A stretch of 64,000 bases of DNA from Candidatus Poriferisocius sp. (GTDB lineage: Bacteria > Actinomycetota > Acidimicrobiia > Acidimicrobiales > Bin134). Below the pieces are notes generated by a model. It worked only from the letters and a program-made list of their open reading frames with translations, was not told the origin of the DNA and ran no database searches. Position numbers and translations under genes: made by a program. Location of the stretch: NCBI RefSeq assembly GCF_965214065.1, contig NZ_CBDCAT010000027.1, positions 311,968 through 375,967 of the forward strand. Reading direction: 5' to 3'. The stretch's first letter is position 1; each line of letters starts with the position of its first letter. This document shows, piece by piece, positions 35,459-44,746 of this stretch.

Positions 35459-37711
35459 GTGAACGCCGAAACCCCAGCCCCCAAGTCGTCCAGCAACGGC
35501 AACCAGGTGAAGACCCATTTGAGGACCTGTCCGCTGTGTGAGGCCATGTGCGGGATGGTGATCAAGACCGAGGGCGAAAAAGTGCTAGCGCCCATCCGGC
35601 CCGACCGCGACGACGTGTGGAGCAAGGGCTTCATCTGCCCCAAGGGCACCACGCTGGGCCACTTGCATGAGGATCCCGACCGGGTGCGGGTGCCGCTGGT
35701 CAAAGACTCCAGCGGCACCTTCCAAGAGGCCACCTGGGAGGAGGCCTATGCCCGGTGCGAGGAGCTCCTGCACGGCGTGCGGAACAAGTACGGCGTCGAG
35801 GCCATGACCTACTACATCGGCAATCCCGCGGCCCACAACTTCTCCATCAGCCGCTATGTGGGCGCGCTGGTGATGCTGTCGGGCGTGCAGATGGGCTACT
35901 CGGCGGGCACCGTGGACCAGTGGCCCAAGAACGTTTCGTCGGTGTGCATGTACGGCAACTCTTGGACGTTCCCCACACCCGACATCATGCGCACCCAGTA
36001 CCTGGTGGTGATGGGGGCCAACCCCCACGCCTCCCAGGGGAGCCTTCTGGCCTGCCCCGACGTGCTAGGCGAGATGGACAAAATCCGCGAGCGGGGCGGC
36101 AAGTGCGTGGTGATCGACCCTCGCCGCACCGGCACCTGCGACCACGCCGATGAGTGGGTGCCCATCACCCCGGGCACCGACGCGGCGTTCCTCTTAGCCC
36201 TGTGCCATGTGCTGTTCGACGAGGGCCTCGTCGATTTGGGCACCATGGCCGGCCACGTGAACGGCCTGGACGAGGTGCGTGCCCTGGTGGCCGACTGGAC
36301 CCCGGAGATGGTGGAGGCCACCACCCAGGTGCCGGCTGAGACCACTCGCCGGCTGGCCCGGGAGATCGCCGCGGCCGACAGCGCCAGCGTTTACGGCCGC
36401 ATCGGGCTGTGCAACCAGGAGTTCGGCACGCTGGCCTCGTGGCTCATCGACGTGGTGAACCTGCTCACCGCCAACTTCGACGTGCCCGGCGGAATGATGT
36501 TCGCCACCCCGATAGCCCCGGCCATGGCCACCCTCAACTTCGAGGAGCCCAAAGAGCCCGAGTTCGGGCGCTGGTACAGCCGGGTGCGGGGCGCCCCCGA
36601 GGTGCTGGGCCAGGTGCCGGTGTCGTGCCTGTCGGAGGAGATCATGACCCCCGGCGAGGGCCAGCTGAAGGCGCTGGTGGTGGTGGCCGGCAACCCGGTG
36701 ATCAGCTCGCCCGAGGCCGGCCGCCTCGATGAGGCCCTGCCCATGCTCGACGCCATGATCTGCGTCGACAACTGGGTCAACGCCACCACCCGCCACGCCG
36801 ATGTGATCTTGCCCGGCCTCTCCCCGCTGGAGCAGCCCCATTGGGACGAGATGATCTGGTCTTGGGCCGCCCGCACCGCGGGCAACTGGTCGGACCGCAT
36901 CTTCGATTTCGGCGACCGCCCCGACGAGTGGGAGGTGCTCGTGCGGGTGGGCGCCTTGATGGGAGGCCAGGCAAACGACGAGATCGACGAGAAGGCCATC
37001 GACGACGGGTTCTTCTCCGGGATCTGCATGTTCTTTGGCCTCGATCCCGAGCACGTGCTGTCGCACTACGACGAGGGCGGTCCTGAGCGGATGACCGACT
37101 TCATGATCCGGGTGGGCCATCGGGGCGACCGCTACGGCGAGAACCCCGACGGCCTCACGTTGCAGGATTTCAAGGACAACCCCCACGGCCTGGACTTCGG
37201 CCCGATGGTGCCCCGGGTGCCGGAGATCCTCCACACCCCGTCGGGCCGCATCGAGATGGCCCCGCCCTACATCACCGCCGACGTGGGCCGGCTGCAACGG
37301 CGCCTGGGCCGCGAAGACGGCATGGTGCTGGTGAGCCGCCGCCACGTGCGCTCCAACAACTCGTGGATGCACAACGTGAAGGTGCTGGTGAAGGGCAAGG
37401 ACAGATGCACGCTGATCGTGCACCCCGAAGACGCCGAGGGCATCGGCCTGGCCGACGGTTCGGTGGCCCGGGTGAGCACCGAGATCGGCAGCATCGAGGT
37501 GCCGGTGGAGGTGAGCGACGAGATGATGCCCGGCGTGGTGTCGCTGCCCCATGGCTGGGGCCACAGCCTCGACGGGGTGCAGCTCTCGGTGGCCAAGGAG
37601 TTCGCCGGGGTCAACAACAACCTTTTGGCCCCGGGCGAGCTGGTGGACGAGATCTCCGGCAACGCCATCGTCAATGGGATCAAGGTGGAGGTGGTGCCCG
37701 TCCCCGCCTGA
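35459..37711 (+). CDS. molybdopterin-dependent oxidoreductase (formate dehydrogenase/BisC superfamily), cytoplasmic
   Basis: 750 aa. N-terminal 4Fe-4S motif CPLCEAMCGM and no twin-arginine signal. The C-terminal domain GSIEVPVEVSDEMMPGVVSLPHGWGH resembles a molybdopterin dinucleotide-binding domain. GTG start. Confidence 0.88.
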   Translation: MNAETPAPKSSSNGNQVKTHLRTCPLCEAMCGMVIKTEGEKVLAPIRPDRDDVWSKGFICPKGTTLGHLHEDPDRVRVPLVKDSSGTFQEATWEEAYARCEELLHGVRNKYGVEAMTYYIGNPAAHNFSISRYVGALVMLSGVQMGYSAGTVDQWPKNVSSVCMYGNSWTFPTPDIMRTQYLVVMGANPHASQGSLLACPDVLGEMDKIRERGGKCVVIDPRRTGTCDHADEWVPITPGTDAAFLLALCHVLFDEGLVDLGTMAGHVNGLDEVRALVADWTPEMVEATTQVPAETTRRLAREIAAADSASVYGRIGLCNQEFGTLASWLIDVVNLLTANFDVPGGMMFATPIAPAMATLNFEEPKEPEFGRWYSRVRGAPEVLGQVPVSCLSEEIMTPGEGQLKALVVVAGNPVISSPEAGRLDEALPMLDAMICVDNWVNATTRHADVILPGLSPLEQPHWDEMIWSWAARTAGNWSDRIFDFGDRPDEWEVLVRVGALMGGQANDEIDEKAIDDGFFSGICMFFGLDPEHVLSHYDEGGPERMTDFMIRVGHRGDRYGENPDGLTLQDFKDNPHGLDFGPMVPRVPEILHTPSGRIEMAPPYITADVGRLQRRLGREDGMVLVSRRHVRSNNSWMHNVKVLVKGKDRCTLIVHPEDAEGIGLADGSVARVSTEIGSIEVPVEVSDEMMPGVVSLPHGWGHSLDGVQLSVAKEFAGVNNNLLAPGELVDEISGNAIVNGIKVEVVPVPA

Positions 37712-37747
37712 TATTCGGCCCGCTTCGGTGGGTATTCTCAGGCTCCT

Positions 37748-38836
37748 ATGGCTATTCCCCAAGACCGCGACATCGATGCCCTCAAGGCCTCCCTGTCCGA
37801 CTGGATGAACACCCGCCCCGGCGTGTCCGACGCCGAGGTGTCCTTTCTGGTGAACCCCGAGGCGTCCGGATTCAGCAACGAGACCCTGGTGTGCGACGCC
37901 GCTTACACCCGCGACGGCCAGACCCGGGACTCGGGCATTGTGGTGCGCAAGCGGCCCACCGACTACGCCATCTTCCCGACCTACGACATGAGCGTCCAGT
38001 ACCGGAGCATGCAGAACATGGCCGCCTGCGGCAGTGTGCCGGTGCCCGAGATCCTGTGGGTGGAGGACACCGGCGACGTGCTGGGCGAGCCGTTTTTCAT
38101 CATGGAGCGCCTGCACGGCCGGGTGCCTTCCGACAACCCGCCGTTCTTCTCCGAGGGCTGGGTGTTCGAGGCTTCGCCCGAACAGCAGGCTGAGCTGTAC
38201 AACTCGTCGGTGGACACCCTCGCCGCGGTGGCCAGAACCGACTGGAAGGCCAACGGCTTCGACTTTGTGGAGCGCCCCCAATACGGCGGCCCCGGTTTCG
38301 CCCAGCAGCTCGGCTACCAGCGCTACTACGCCGGCTGGGCCGCCGAGGACCGGCCCAAGCCGCTGATCGACGCTGCGCTCGACTGGTTCGACGCCAACGA
38401 CCCCTCAGGCTCGATGCCCACTGAGCTGAACTGGGGCGATGCCCGGCCCAGCAACCTCATGTACGGCGACGACTTCAAGGTGATGGCCGTGTTCGACTGG
38501 GAGATGGCCGACTTGGGGCCCGGCGAGGTGGACCTGGGCTGGTTCTTGTACATGAACCGGTTCTTGAGCGAGGGCGCCGGCATTAGCTGGCTGCCCGGCT
38601 TCGCCGACCGGGAGGGCACCATCGCCCGCTGGGAGCAGGCCATGGGCCGCACGGCCGAGCACGTGGACTACTTCGAGGCCTGGGGCTGTCTGCGCTTTTG
38701 CATCATCATGGTGGCCATCGTGAACATGCAGGTGAAGTACGGCGCCCTCAGTGCCGAGGAGGGTTCCTACTACGAGCAGAACAACCCCTCTACCCAGATG
38801 CTGGCCCAGTACCTGGGCCTGCCCGCCCCCGAGTGA
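37748..38836 (+). CDS. phosphotransferase (APH/choline-kinase-like) family protein
   Basis: WGDARPSNLMY (catalytic D..N) and VFDWEMADLG (DxE/DFG-like). 362 aa. Confidence 0.8.
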   Translation: MAIPQDRDIDALKASLSDWMNTRPGVSDAEVSFLVNPEASGFSNETLVCDAAYTRDGQTRDSGIVVRKRPTDYAIFPTYDMSVQYRSMQNMAACGSVPVPEILWVEDTGDVLGEPFFIMERLHGRVPSDNPPFFSEGWVFEASPEQQAELYNSSVDTLAAVARTDWKANGFDFVERPQYGGPGFAQQLGYQRYYAGWAAEDRPKPLIDAALDWFDANDPSGSMPTELNWGDARPSNLMYGDDFKVMAVFDWEMADLGPGEVDLGWFLYMNRFLSEGAGISWLPGFADREGTIARWEQAMGRTAEHVDYFEAWGCLRFCIIMVAIVNMQVKYGALSAEEGSYYEQNNPSTQMLAQYLGLPAPE

Positions 38837-38846
38837 GGAGAGCCCC

Positions 38847-39278
38847 ATGAGCAACGAAGCTGCCAACCGAGCGCTGGCCGAGGCCCTGTTCGCCGCCCTG
38901 GAGCAGATGGACTGGCCCGCGGTGGCCGAGCTGTTCACCGAGGACGGCACCTACCAGGACATGCCCTTCGAGACCGACTCCGGCGGCACCGTCGGCCACG
39001 CCGGCATCATCGGCAAGCTGGAAGTCGGCCTGAGCGCCCTGAACCGCTTCGACCTCGGCGTCACCGACATCTGGGTGAGCGGCGACAACGTGCTCGTCGA
39101 GCGAGTCGAAGTCTGGCACCACCCCGACGGCACCGTCGCCAGCCTCCCCGTGCTGTGCCGCCTCCAAATCCGCGATAACAAAATCGCCCACTGGCGCGAA
39201 TACTGGGACTACAACTACCTCATCGCCCAACAACCAGACTCTTGGCTCCCCCAATCCCCCCGCCCCCGCTGGGACTGA
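38847..39278 (+). CDS. NTF2-fold protein (SnoaL / limonene-1,2-epoxide-hydrolase-like)
   Basis: 143 aa. Contains ALFAALEQMDWPAVAELFTEDGTYQDMPF...NKIAHWREYWD. ATG at 38847, 10 nt after the kinase gene. Confidence 0.7.
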   Translation: MSNEAANRALAEALFAALEQMDWPAVAELFTEDGTYQDMPFETDSGGTVGHAGIIGKLEVGLSALNRFDLGVTDIWVSGDNVLVERVEVWHHPDGTVASLPVLCRLQIRDNKIAHWREYWDYNYLIAQQPDSWLPQSPRPRWD

Positions 39279-39281
39279 CCC

Positions 39282-40067
39282 CTACCAGTAGACCCTTCGC
39301 TTGCGCACCCAGTCGGCGGTGCGGAAGAGCAGCAGCCAGGTGGCGGTGAGTCCCATGGCCATGATCGCCAGGTAGATGAGGAGGCCCATTACTCCGACAA
39401 ATAAGAGAGGGGGCAGGAAGAACAACGACAGGTTGATGGACTCATTTAGCGACAAGCTTTGTGAGGGTGATGCCACAGTCTTGGCTGCCGCGGTACCAAG
39501 CGAAAGGCCGGCTGAGGTGAGGCCGCCCAGCAGGAGCGCACCCATCGCCATCCGCCTCGTTGGCTTGAGCCCCACTTTGGAGAGATGGCGAGCAGTCGAT
39601 TCCGGCCTGACCTTGGATGCGGCTACGCAGAGAATCGTGACGAACAAGGCAACGACCCCGGGCACGCTCAACAAGCTCAACCAGCCGTAGACGTTTACGT
39701 GATCTTCCTCGGTAATTCCCTTGGTGGCGTATCTTCCCCCCAACCCGGTATAGAGCCCCAGCATGCAAAGGGACCCCAGCATCATGAACCACCATTTGCG
39801 CCAGTGCTCCAGCCAATACTCCACCGCCAGCCAAATGAGCGCAGCCACCACCATCAGCGAAGAGACAAGCCCAATCGGATGGGCCAGCTCATTCAGCCAC
39901 CCAGGCGCCCGCCAGATGAAGTACAGCCAAAGAGAATCATCCGAGTAATCCGTCTGGTCCCCAAACAGATGCCAGGTAGCCACCGGCAGCAAAGCCACTA
40001 GCACCACCGAAGGAATCAGGGGAAGGCAGCGGTTCCCTGTCGGCACCCTCGTTCCCACCCCCTGCAA
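39282..40067 (-). CDS. orphan multi-pass membrane protein
   Basis: 261-aa ORF with about 6 hydrophobic segments and visibly lower GC than its neighbours. No family recognised. TTG start, so the true start is uncertain. Confidence 0.5.
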   Translation of the reverse strand: MQGVGTRVPTGNRCLPLIPSVVLVALLPVATWHLFGDQTDYSDDSLWLYFIWRAPGWLNELAHPIGLVSSLMVVAALIWLAVEYWLEHWRKWWFMMLGSLCMLGLYTGLGGRYATKGITEEDHVNVYGWLSLLSVPGVVALFVTILCVAASKVRPESTARHLSKVGLKPTRRMAMGALLLGGLTSAGLSLGTAAAKTVASPSQSLSLNESINLSLFFLPPLLFVGVMGLLIYLAIMAMGLTATWLLLFRTADWVRKRRVYW

Positions 40068-40078
40068 CTAACGTTGGA

Positions 40079-40750
40079 TCAGGCGGCGGTTACTAGGATT
40101 CGCTCGCTGGCGTAGCTACCGATGCCGACGTGGTTCCCGTCGATCTCCACTGTGGTTGTGCCGTCAGGCGAGGATGCGGTGATGACTCCTTGGGCACCGG
40201 GGACCATCGAAGAGCCTTCCAGGAAGTCGAGCAGTCCCTCGGTGAATTCCAGTTCTTCGGTGATGCGGGCGACCACGAATCGCTGGCCCACTTTAACCTT
40301 GGCTAGCGCTTGCGTTTGAGGGGCCTGGTAGTCGGAGCCGGGGATGGGGTTGCCATGGGGGCAGGTGGTGGGGTCGTCGAGCACCCGCATCATGGCCTGC
40401 TCCACCAAGGGGGAGATTACGTGCTCCCATTTGCCGGCCTCAGCGTGCGCCTCGGCCCAAGACAGGCCGAGAACCTGGGTGAGGAACACCTCGGCCAGAC
40501 GGTGGCGACGCACCACCCGCTCGGCTAAATCCATCCCGTCGGGGGACAGTTCGATTGAGCGGCCCCTCAAGGTGACCAGGCCCTCGGCCTCCAGCCGGTG
40601 GATCATCTCAGACACCGCTGGGCGGGAAACGTCGAGGCGCTCGGCCACTCGGGCCTGGATGACGTCGACATCATCTTCAGCCAGCTCGAAGATGGTCTCG
40701 CAATACTCTTCGAACGCCGGGTGCCATTCAGGGGTCTGGTACTGGGCCAC
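40079..40750 (-). CDS. DtxR/IdeR-family metal-dependent transcriptional regulator
   Basis: Winged-HTH ARVAERLDVSRPAVSEMIHRLEAEGLV, dimerisation and metal-site block RRHRLAEVFL...EAGKWEHVISP...CPHGNPIP, and an SH3/FeoA-like C-terminus. GTG start. Confidence 0.88.
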   Translation of the reverse strand: MAQYQTPEWHPAFEEYCETIFELAEDDVDVIQARVAERLDVSRPAVSEMIHRLEAEGLVTLRGRSIELSPDGMDLAERVVRRHRLAEVFLTQVLGLSWAEAHAEAGKWEHVISPLVEQAMMRVLDDPTTCPHGNPIPGSDYQAPQTQALAKVKVGQRFVVARITEELEFTEGLLDFLEGSSMVPGAQGVITASSPDGTTTVEIDGNHVGIGSYASERILVTAA

Positions 40751-40760
40751 GATCGGAAGT

Positions 40761-42128
40761 TTATCGAGTGGAATCTTCCAATAGACGAGACAGTTCCGAG
40801 CGGTCGGGCTTTCCCGAGGGCATCGCGGGCATTTCGGCGATCGGGATCAGCTGTTCGGGGGTCATGAAGCGGGCCGCGCCGGCCTCGGCGAACCAGCGGC
40901 GGCACTCGTCAAGGTCAAAGGGGCCGTCGGCCACCACAAAAGCTGCCACCCGCTCGCCGAGGCGATCGTCGGGCTCGCCCAGCACCACGGCCTGGCTGAC
41001 CGTGGGGTGGGATTCGAGGATGGCCTCCACCTCGATGGCGTCGATGTTCTCGCCGCCCCGGATGATCTTTTGGCCCAGGCGGCCGATAACGGTGAGATAG
41101 CCGTCGGTGTCGATGCGACCCAGGTCTCCGGTGCGGAACCACCCGTCTTCGGTGAAGGCAGCCGCAGTGTGGGCGGAGTCGAGGTAGCCGACGGTTACCT
41201 CGGGGCCGAACACCTGGATCTCGCCATGATCGTCGACTCGGATCTGGGTAGGCGCGAACGGTCGGCCGTCGGTGTTGGCCATGCGCTCGGGGTCGTCATC
41301 GATGGTGCAGGTGGTGGCGGTGGGGGCCTCGGTGGAACCGTAAGCTCGCTTGACGATGCATCCGAAGGTGTCGCGGGCCCGGTTCACGAACGCAGGAGTG
41401 ATGCTGGAGCCGCCGATGGATAGAAGCCGGAGGGAGGCGGTGCGGCTGGGGCTGAAGTCGGGGTGGCCCATGAGGTCGTTGAAGAAGGTGGGCGGGCCGA
41501 CCATGTAGGTGACCTGCTCGTGTTCGATGAGCCGCAGGGCCTCGCCCGGATCCCAGCGGGACATGAGCACGGTCTTGATCGAAGCGGCGCCGGGGATGAG
41601 CACCGCGTGGAGCAGCCCGGCGACATGGGCCAAAGAAGCGGGAAAGAGCCCGGCGTCGTCGGGGGTGAAGGCCTGGATGGCGATTGTCTGGCGGGTCTTG
41701 TACGCCAGCGCCGCCTGGCTGTGGACCACGCCTTTGGGAGCCCCCGAGGAGCCGGAGGTGAACATGATGAGGGCCCGGTCGTCGGGTTTGGATTGGGCGA
41801 CCTGGCGGTGGGAGGCGTTGCCGGAAGCGGGGTATTGGGAGGGTTCCAGCAGGCGGTCGATGCCGAGTGTGGCGAAGGCGTGTGATCGCTGGCGGCCCGC
41901 GTCGGAATGCAGCAGGGGGACGGCCACCGCGCCGGCTTGCCAGCACGCCCGATAGGCCACCACGCCTTCAGGGCTGGTGGGGAGTTGGAAGGCCGTGAGC
42001 CGGCCCGCCTCGAGGGCGGCCGCGGTCTGGGAGGCCCAGGCGATCACCTCGTCGGTGGTCAGGCGGCGGTCGCCGGCCACGATGAGGTCGTCCCGCCGGG
42101 GCACAACCGTGAGCATCTCGTGGATCAT
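40761..42128 (-). CDS. AMP-dependent synthetase/ligase (acyl-CoA synthetase family)
   Basis: MFTSGSSGAPKGV (AMP motif), YGSTE and GWFRTGDLG. The start was set to the ATG at 42128, which overlaps the upstream stop (ATGA). The tracked N-terminal extension overlaps the upstream gene. Confidence 0.88.
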   Translation of the reverse strand: MIHEMLTVVPRRDDLIVAGDRRLTTDEVIAWASQTAAALEAGRLTAFQLPTSPEGVVAYRACWQAGAVAVPLLHSDAGRQRSHAFATLGIDRLLEPSQYPASGNASHRQVAQSKPDDRALIMFTSGSSGAPKGVVHSQAALAYKTRQTIAIQAFTPDDAGLFPASLAHVAGLLHAVLIPGAASIKTVLMSRWDPGEALRLIEHEQVTYMVGPPTFFNDLMGHPDFSPSRTASLRLLSIGGSSITPAFVNRARDTFGCIVKRAYGSTEAPTATTCTIDDDPERMANTDGRPFAPTQIRVDDHGEIQVFGPEVTVGYLDSAHTAAAFTEDGWFRTGDLGRIDTDGYLTVIGRLGQKIIRGGENIDAIEVEAILESHPTVSQAVVLGEPDDRLGERVAAFVVADGPFDLDECRRWFAEAGAARFMTPEQLIPIAEMPAMPSGKPDRSELSRLLEDSTR

Positions 42129-43783
42129 GAGTTGTCGACGAAGCGCTCGGCCATCAGCTTCTTCACGCCCGACAGGTTGATCTTGCCCGAGTCGAGCCAG
42201 GGCAGGTGCTCGGGTGAGTCGTAGACCGCGATGTGGCGGGGAACCTTGTAGGAGGCGACCCGCTCTGCGACATAGGCCCTGAGCTCCTCGGCGGTGAGCG
42301 GGGGTCCCGGTCGCAGCACCACCACGGCAGCCACGTCTTCGAGGCGGTCGGGATGGGGCACCCCGCACACGAAGGCATGCATAACCTCGTCGGGCTCTTC
42401 TAGGACCAGCTCGATCTCTCGGGGGGCGATGTTCATGCCTGACGACTTGATGAGCTCGCCCATGCGGCCGGTGAAGTAGAAGTAGCCGTCGTTATCGAAG
42501 TAGCCGCTGTCGCCGGTGCGGTACCAGCCGTCGGGGGTGAAGGTGTCGGCTCGGTCCACCTTGTACAGCCGGGACATGAGTGCGTAGCCCCGCACCCACA
42601 CCTCGCCCCGCACCCCCGTCGGGCAGTCTTCTCCTGTCTCGGGGTTCACGATCCGATGCTCCATTCCCGGTGCCGCCCAGCCGAATGAGCCCCGCTTTTC
42701 CTCGGGCAGCCGAGAGCCCATCACGCCCAGGGTGTGGGGGCCGAGCGTCTCGGTCATGCCCAGCGAGTTGACCCGCAGCTCGGGATCGTCGATCTGCTGC
42801 TCGGGGGGCAAAAGGGCGTAGAGGCTGCCACCCCGCACCGAGGAGAGGTCGCGTCGGGCAAAGTCGGGATGGTTGACTAGCAACTGGGCCATGTGGGGCC
42901 AGCCGACGACAATCGTCACCCGCTCCCTCTCGATAAGGGCCAGGGTGGTGCCGGGCTCGAACCGCTCGTCGAAGACCAGGCAGGTACCGGCGTAGATCGA
43001 CCCCACCAGCCCCATCACCATGCCTCCCACCCAGAACAGGGGCATCGCCGAGTAGATGCGGTCGCCCACCTCCAAGTCCCGAAATTGCCACAGGTTGTGG
43101 GCGTGGCTCACCACAGCCCCCTGGGTGTGGACCGCCCCTTTGGGCGACGAGGTGCTGCCCGACGTGTACACCACGGTGAACTCGTCGGCGGGGGTCGCCT
43201 GGGCCTCGGCTGCGGCCAGCATCTTGTCGCTGACGGCTTCACCGCCGGCCAGCAATTTGTCCATGGAAGCGGCCCACGGGCGATCGCACTGGCCCCACAC
43301 CCATACCGAGCGCAACAGGGGATGAGATGGGGAGGCGATGGCTTGATCTTGGCCAGGGGAGACGACCTCTTCAAGTCGGGCCAGGTAGTCGTGGCCCAGA
43401 AATCGGGACACGGTCAACAGCACCTGCACATCGGCGTGGCGCAGCACCCAGTCGAGCTCCCGGGCCTTGTAGTAGGTGTTGGCCAGCACGCCGATGGCCC
43501 CGATGCGGCCGATGGCCAACCAGGCGGCGATCCAATCGGGGCTGTTGGGGGCCAGCAACCCCACCCGGGTGCCCTTGCCCACGCCGATGGCCAGAAGCCC
43601 CTTAGCTATAGCCGCCGAGGCGGCGTCAGCGTCGGCGAAGGTCATCCGCTGGTCATCGAGCACACCGAGTTCGAGGGGGCCGTAGGCATCGACCGCGGCC
43701 CGGATCATGTTAGGAACGGTCGGTTCGAACGGCGGGAACTCGACCGGTTGGGTGCCGGGGCCGGGCTCGGCGGTATTGGGCAT
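42125..43783 (-). CDS. AMP-dependent synthetase/ligase (acyl-CoA synthetase family)
   Basis: 552 aa. Contains VYTSGSTSSPKGA, LGMTET, GWYRTGDSGY and SGKINL. Confidence 0.92.
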   Translation of the reverse strand: MPNTAEPGPGTQPVEFPPFEPTVPNMIRAAVDAYGPLELGVLDDQRMTFADADAASAAIAKGLLAIGVGKGTRVGLLAPNSPDWIAAWLAIGRIGAIGVLANTYYKARELDWVLRHADVQVLLTVSRFLGHDYLARLEEVVSPGQDQAIASPSHPLLRSVWVWGQCDRPWAASMDKLLAGGEAVSDKMLAAAEAQATPADEFTVVYTSGSTSSPKGAVHTQGAVVSHAHNLWQFRDLEVGDRIYSAMPLFWVGGMVMGLVGSIYAGTCLVFDERFEPGTTLALIERERVTIVVGWPHMAQLLVNHPDFARRDLSSVRGGSLYALLPPEQQIDDPELRVNSLGMTETLGPHTLGVMGSRLPEEKRGSFGWAAPGMEHRIVNPETGEDCPTGVRGEVWVRGYALMSRLYKVDRADTFTPDGWYRTGDSGYFDNDGYFYFTGRMGELIKSSGMNIAPREIELVLEEPDEVMHAFVCGVPHPDRLEDVAAVVVLRPGPPLTAEELRAYVAERVASYKVPRHIAVYDSPEHLPWLDSGKINLSGVKKLMAERFVDNS

Positions 43784-44713
43784 TTATGTGCTCTGGGAGG
43801 GAGCGATGACCGTTTCGCCGTAGCGGCGCATGGTGTCGAGGGTGGCCTCGATGTCGTCGCCGGGGAGGGTGACGGTGATCCAGGTCACACCCAGCGCTTC
43901 GAGATCGGCCAGTGCGGCGATGTGGGCGTCGGCGTCGAAGTCGGGGGCGGCTGGTGGGCCGCCGACGGGGTTCAGGTAGCTGACGTCGAAGTCAGCCGGG
44001 TTGCGGCCAGCCTCGTCGACATAGGTCCACAGCTCGTCGAGCAAGGCCGCCAAGTCGTCCAGGGTCTCCAATGGCGGGGTTCTGGCTGTGGTGGCCAAGA
44101 CCCGGGGAGCGGGGAACGGGGTCCAGCCGTTGGCGACCGCGGCCACCCGGCGGCGGGCACGCTTGGAGTTGCCTCCGATCCAGATGGGAGGATGGGGCTT
44201 CTGGACCGGCTTGGGGTTAGCGGTTTGGCCCAGGGCGGTGAAGGTGCTGGCCTCGTAGGCGAAATCGTCGGTGGTCCAGATGCCGATCATGGCCTCGATG
44301 GCCTCGTCGAAGATCTGGTTGCGGTTGTTGAAGTCCACGCCGAGGGCCTTGAACTCGCCCTTGAGGTAGCCGGAACCGGTGGCGAAGATGAACCGACCGC
44401 CGGAGAAGGAGTCGATGGTGGAGATGGCCTTGGCCATGATGAACGGGTTCCGATAGGGCACCACCACTATGTTGGGAATCAGCTTGATGCGGTCGGTGAT
44501 CGCTGCGCAGAAGGCCAGGGCGGCGAACGGGTCGACGGCATCGTGGCCGCCGGCATTGAGCCAGCGGTCGGTGGGAGCGGGATGGTCGGTGAAGCCCAGT
44601 CCGTCGAATCCGGACTCCTCGGCGGTGCGGGCGAAATCCACCACACCCTGCTTGGTGATCAGCTTCTGATCCCATGGGTGGGCCACCATCGGAAACGTCA
44701 CTGCGAATTTCAT
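43784..44713 (-). CDS. LLM-class (luciferase-like) flavin/F420-dependent oxidoreductase
   Basis: 309 aa. MKFAVTFP...GFDGLGFTDH...VVPYRNP....GGRFIFATGSGY is a typical LLM TIM-barrel pattern. Confidence 0.85.
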   Translation of the reverse strand: MKFAVTFPMVAHPWDQKLITKQGVVDFARTAEESGFDGLGFTDHPAPTDRWLNAGGHDAVDPFAALAFCAAITDRIKLIPNIVVVPYRNPFIMAKAISTIDSFSGGRFIFATGSGYLKGEFKALGVDFNNRNQIFDEAIEAMIGIWTTDDFAYEASTFTALGQTANPKPVQKPHPPIWIGGNSKRARRRVAAVANGWTPFPAPRVLATTARTPPLETLDDLAALLDELWTYVDEAGRNPADFDVSYLNPVGGPPAAPDFDADAHIAALADLEALGVTWITVTLPGDDIEATLDTMRRYGETVIAPSQST

Positions 44714-44746
44714 TGATCTCCTTATTTCGGCGCGTTCGGCGCGGCT

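Noticed and set aside
35459-37711. Possible selenocysteine (in-frame TGA) in the formate-dehydrogenase-like Mo enzyme.
   Set aside because: The ORF is uninterrupted over 750 codons, so no recoding is needed.
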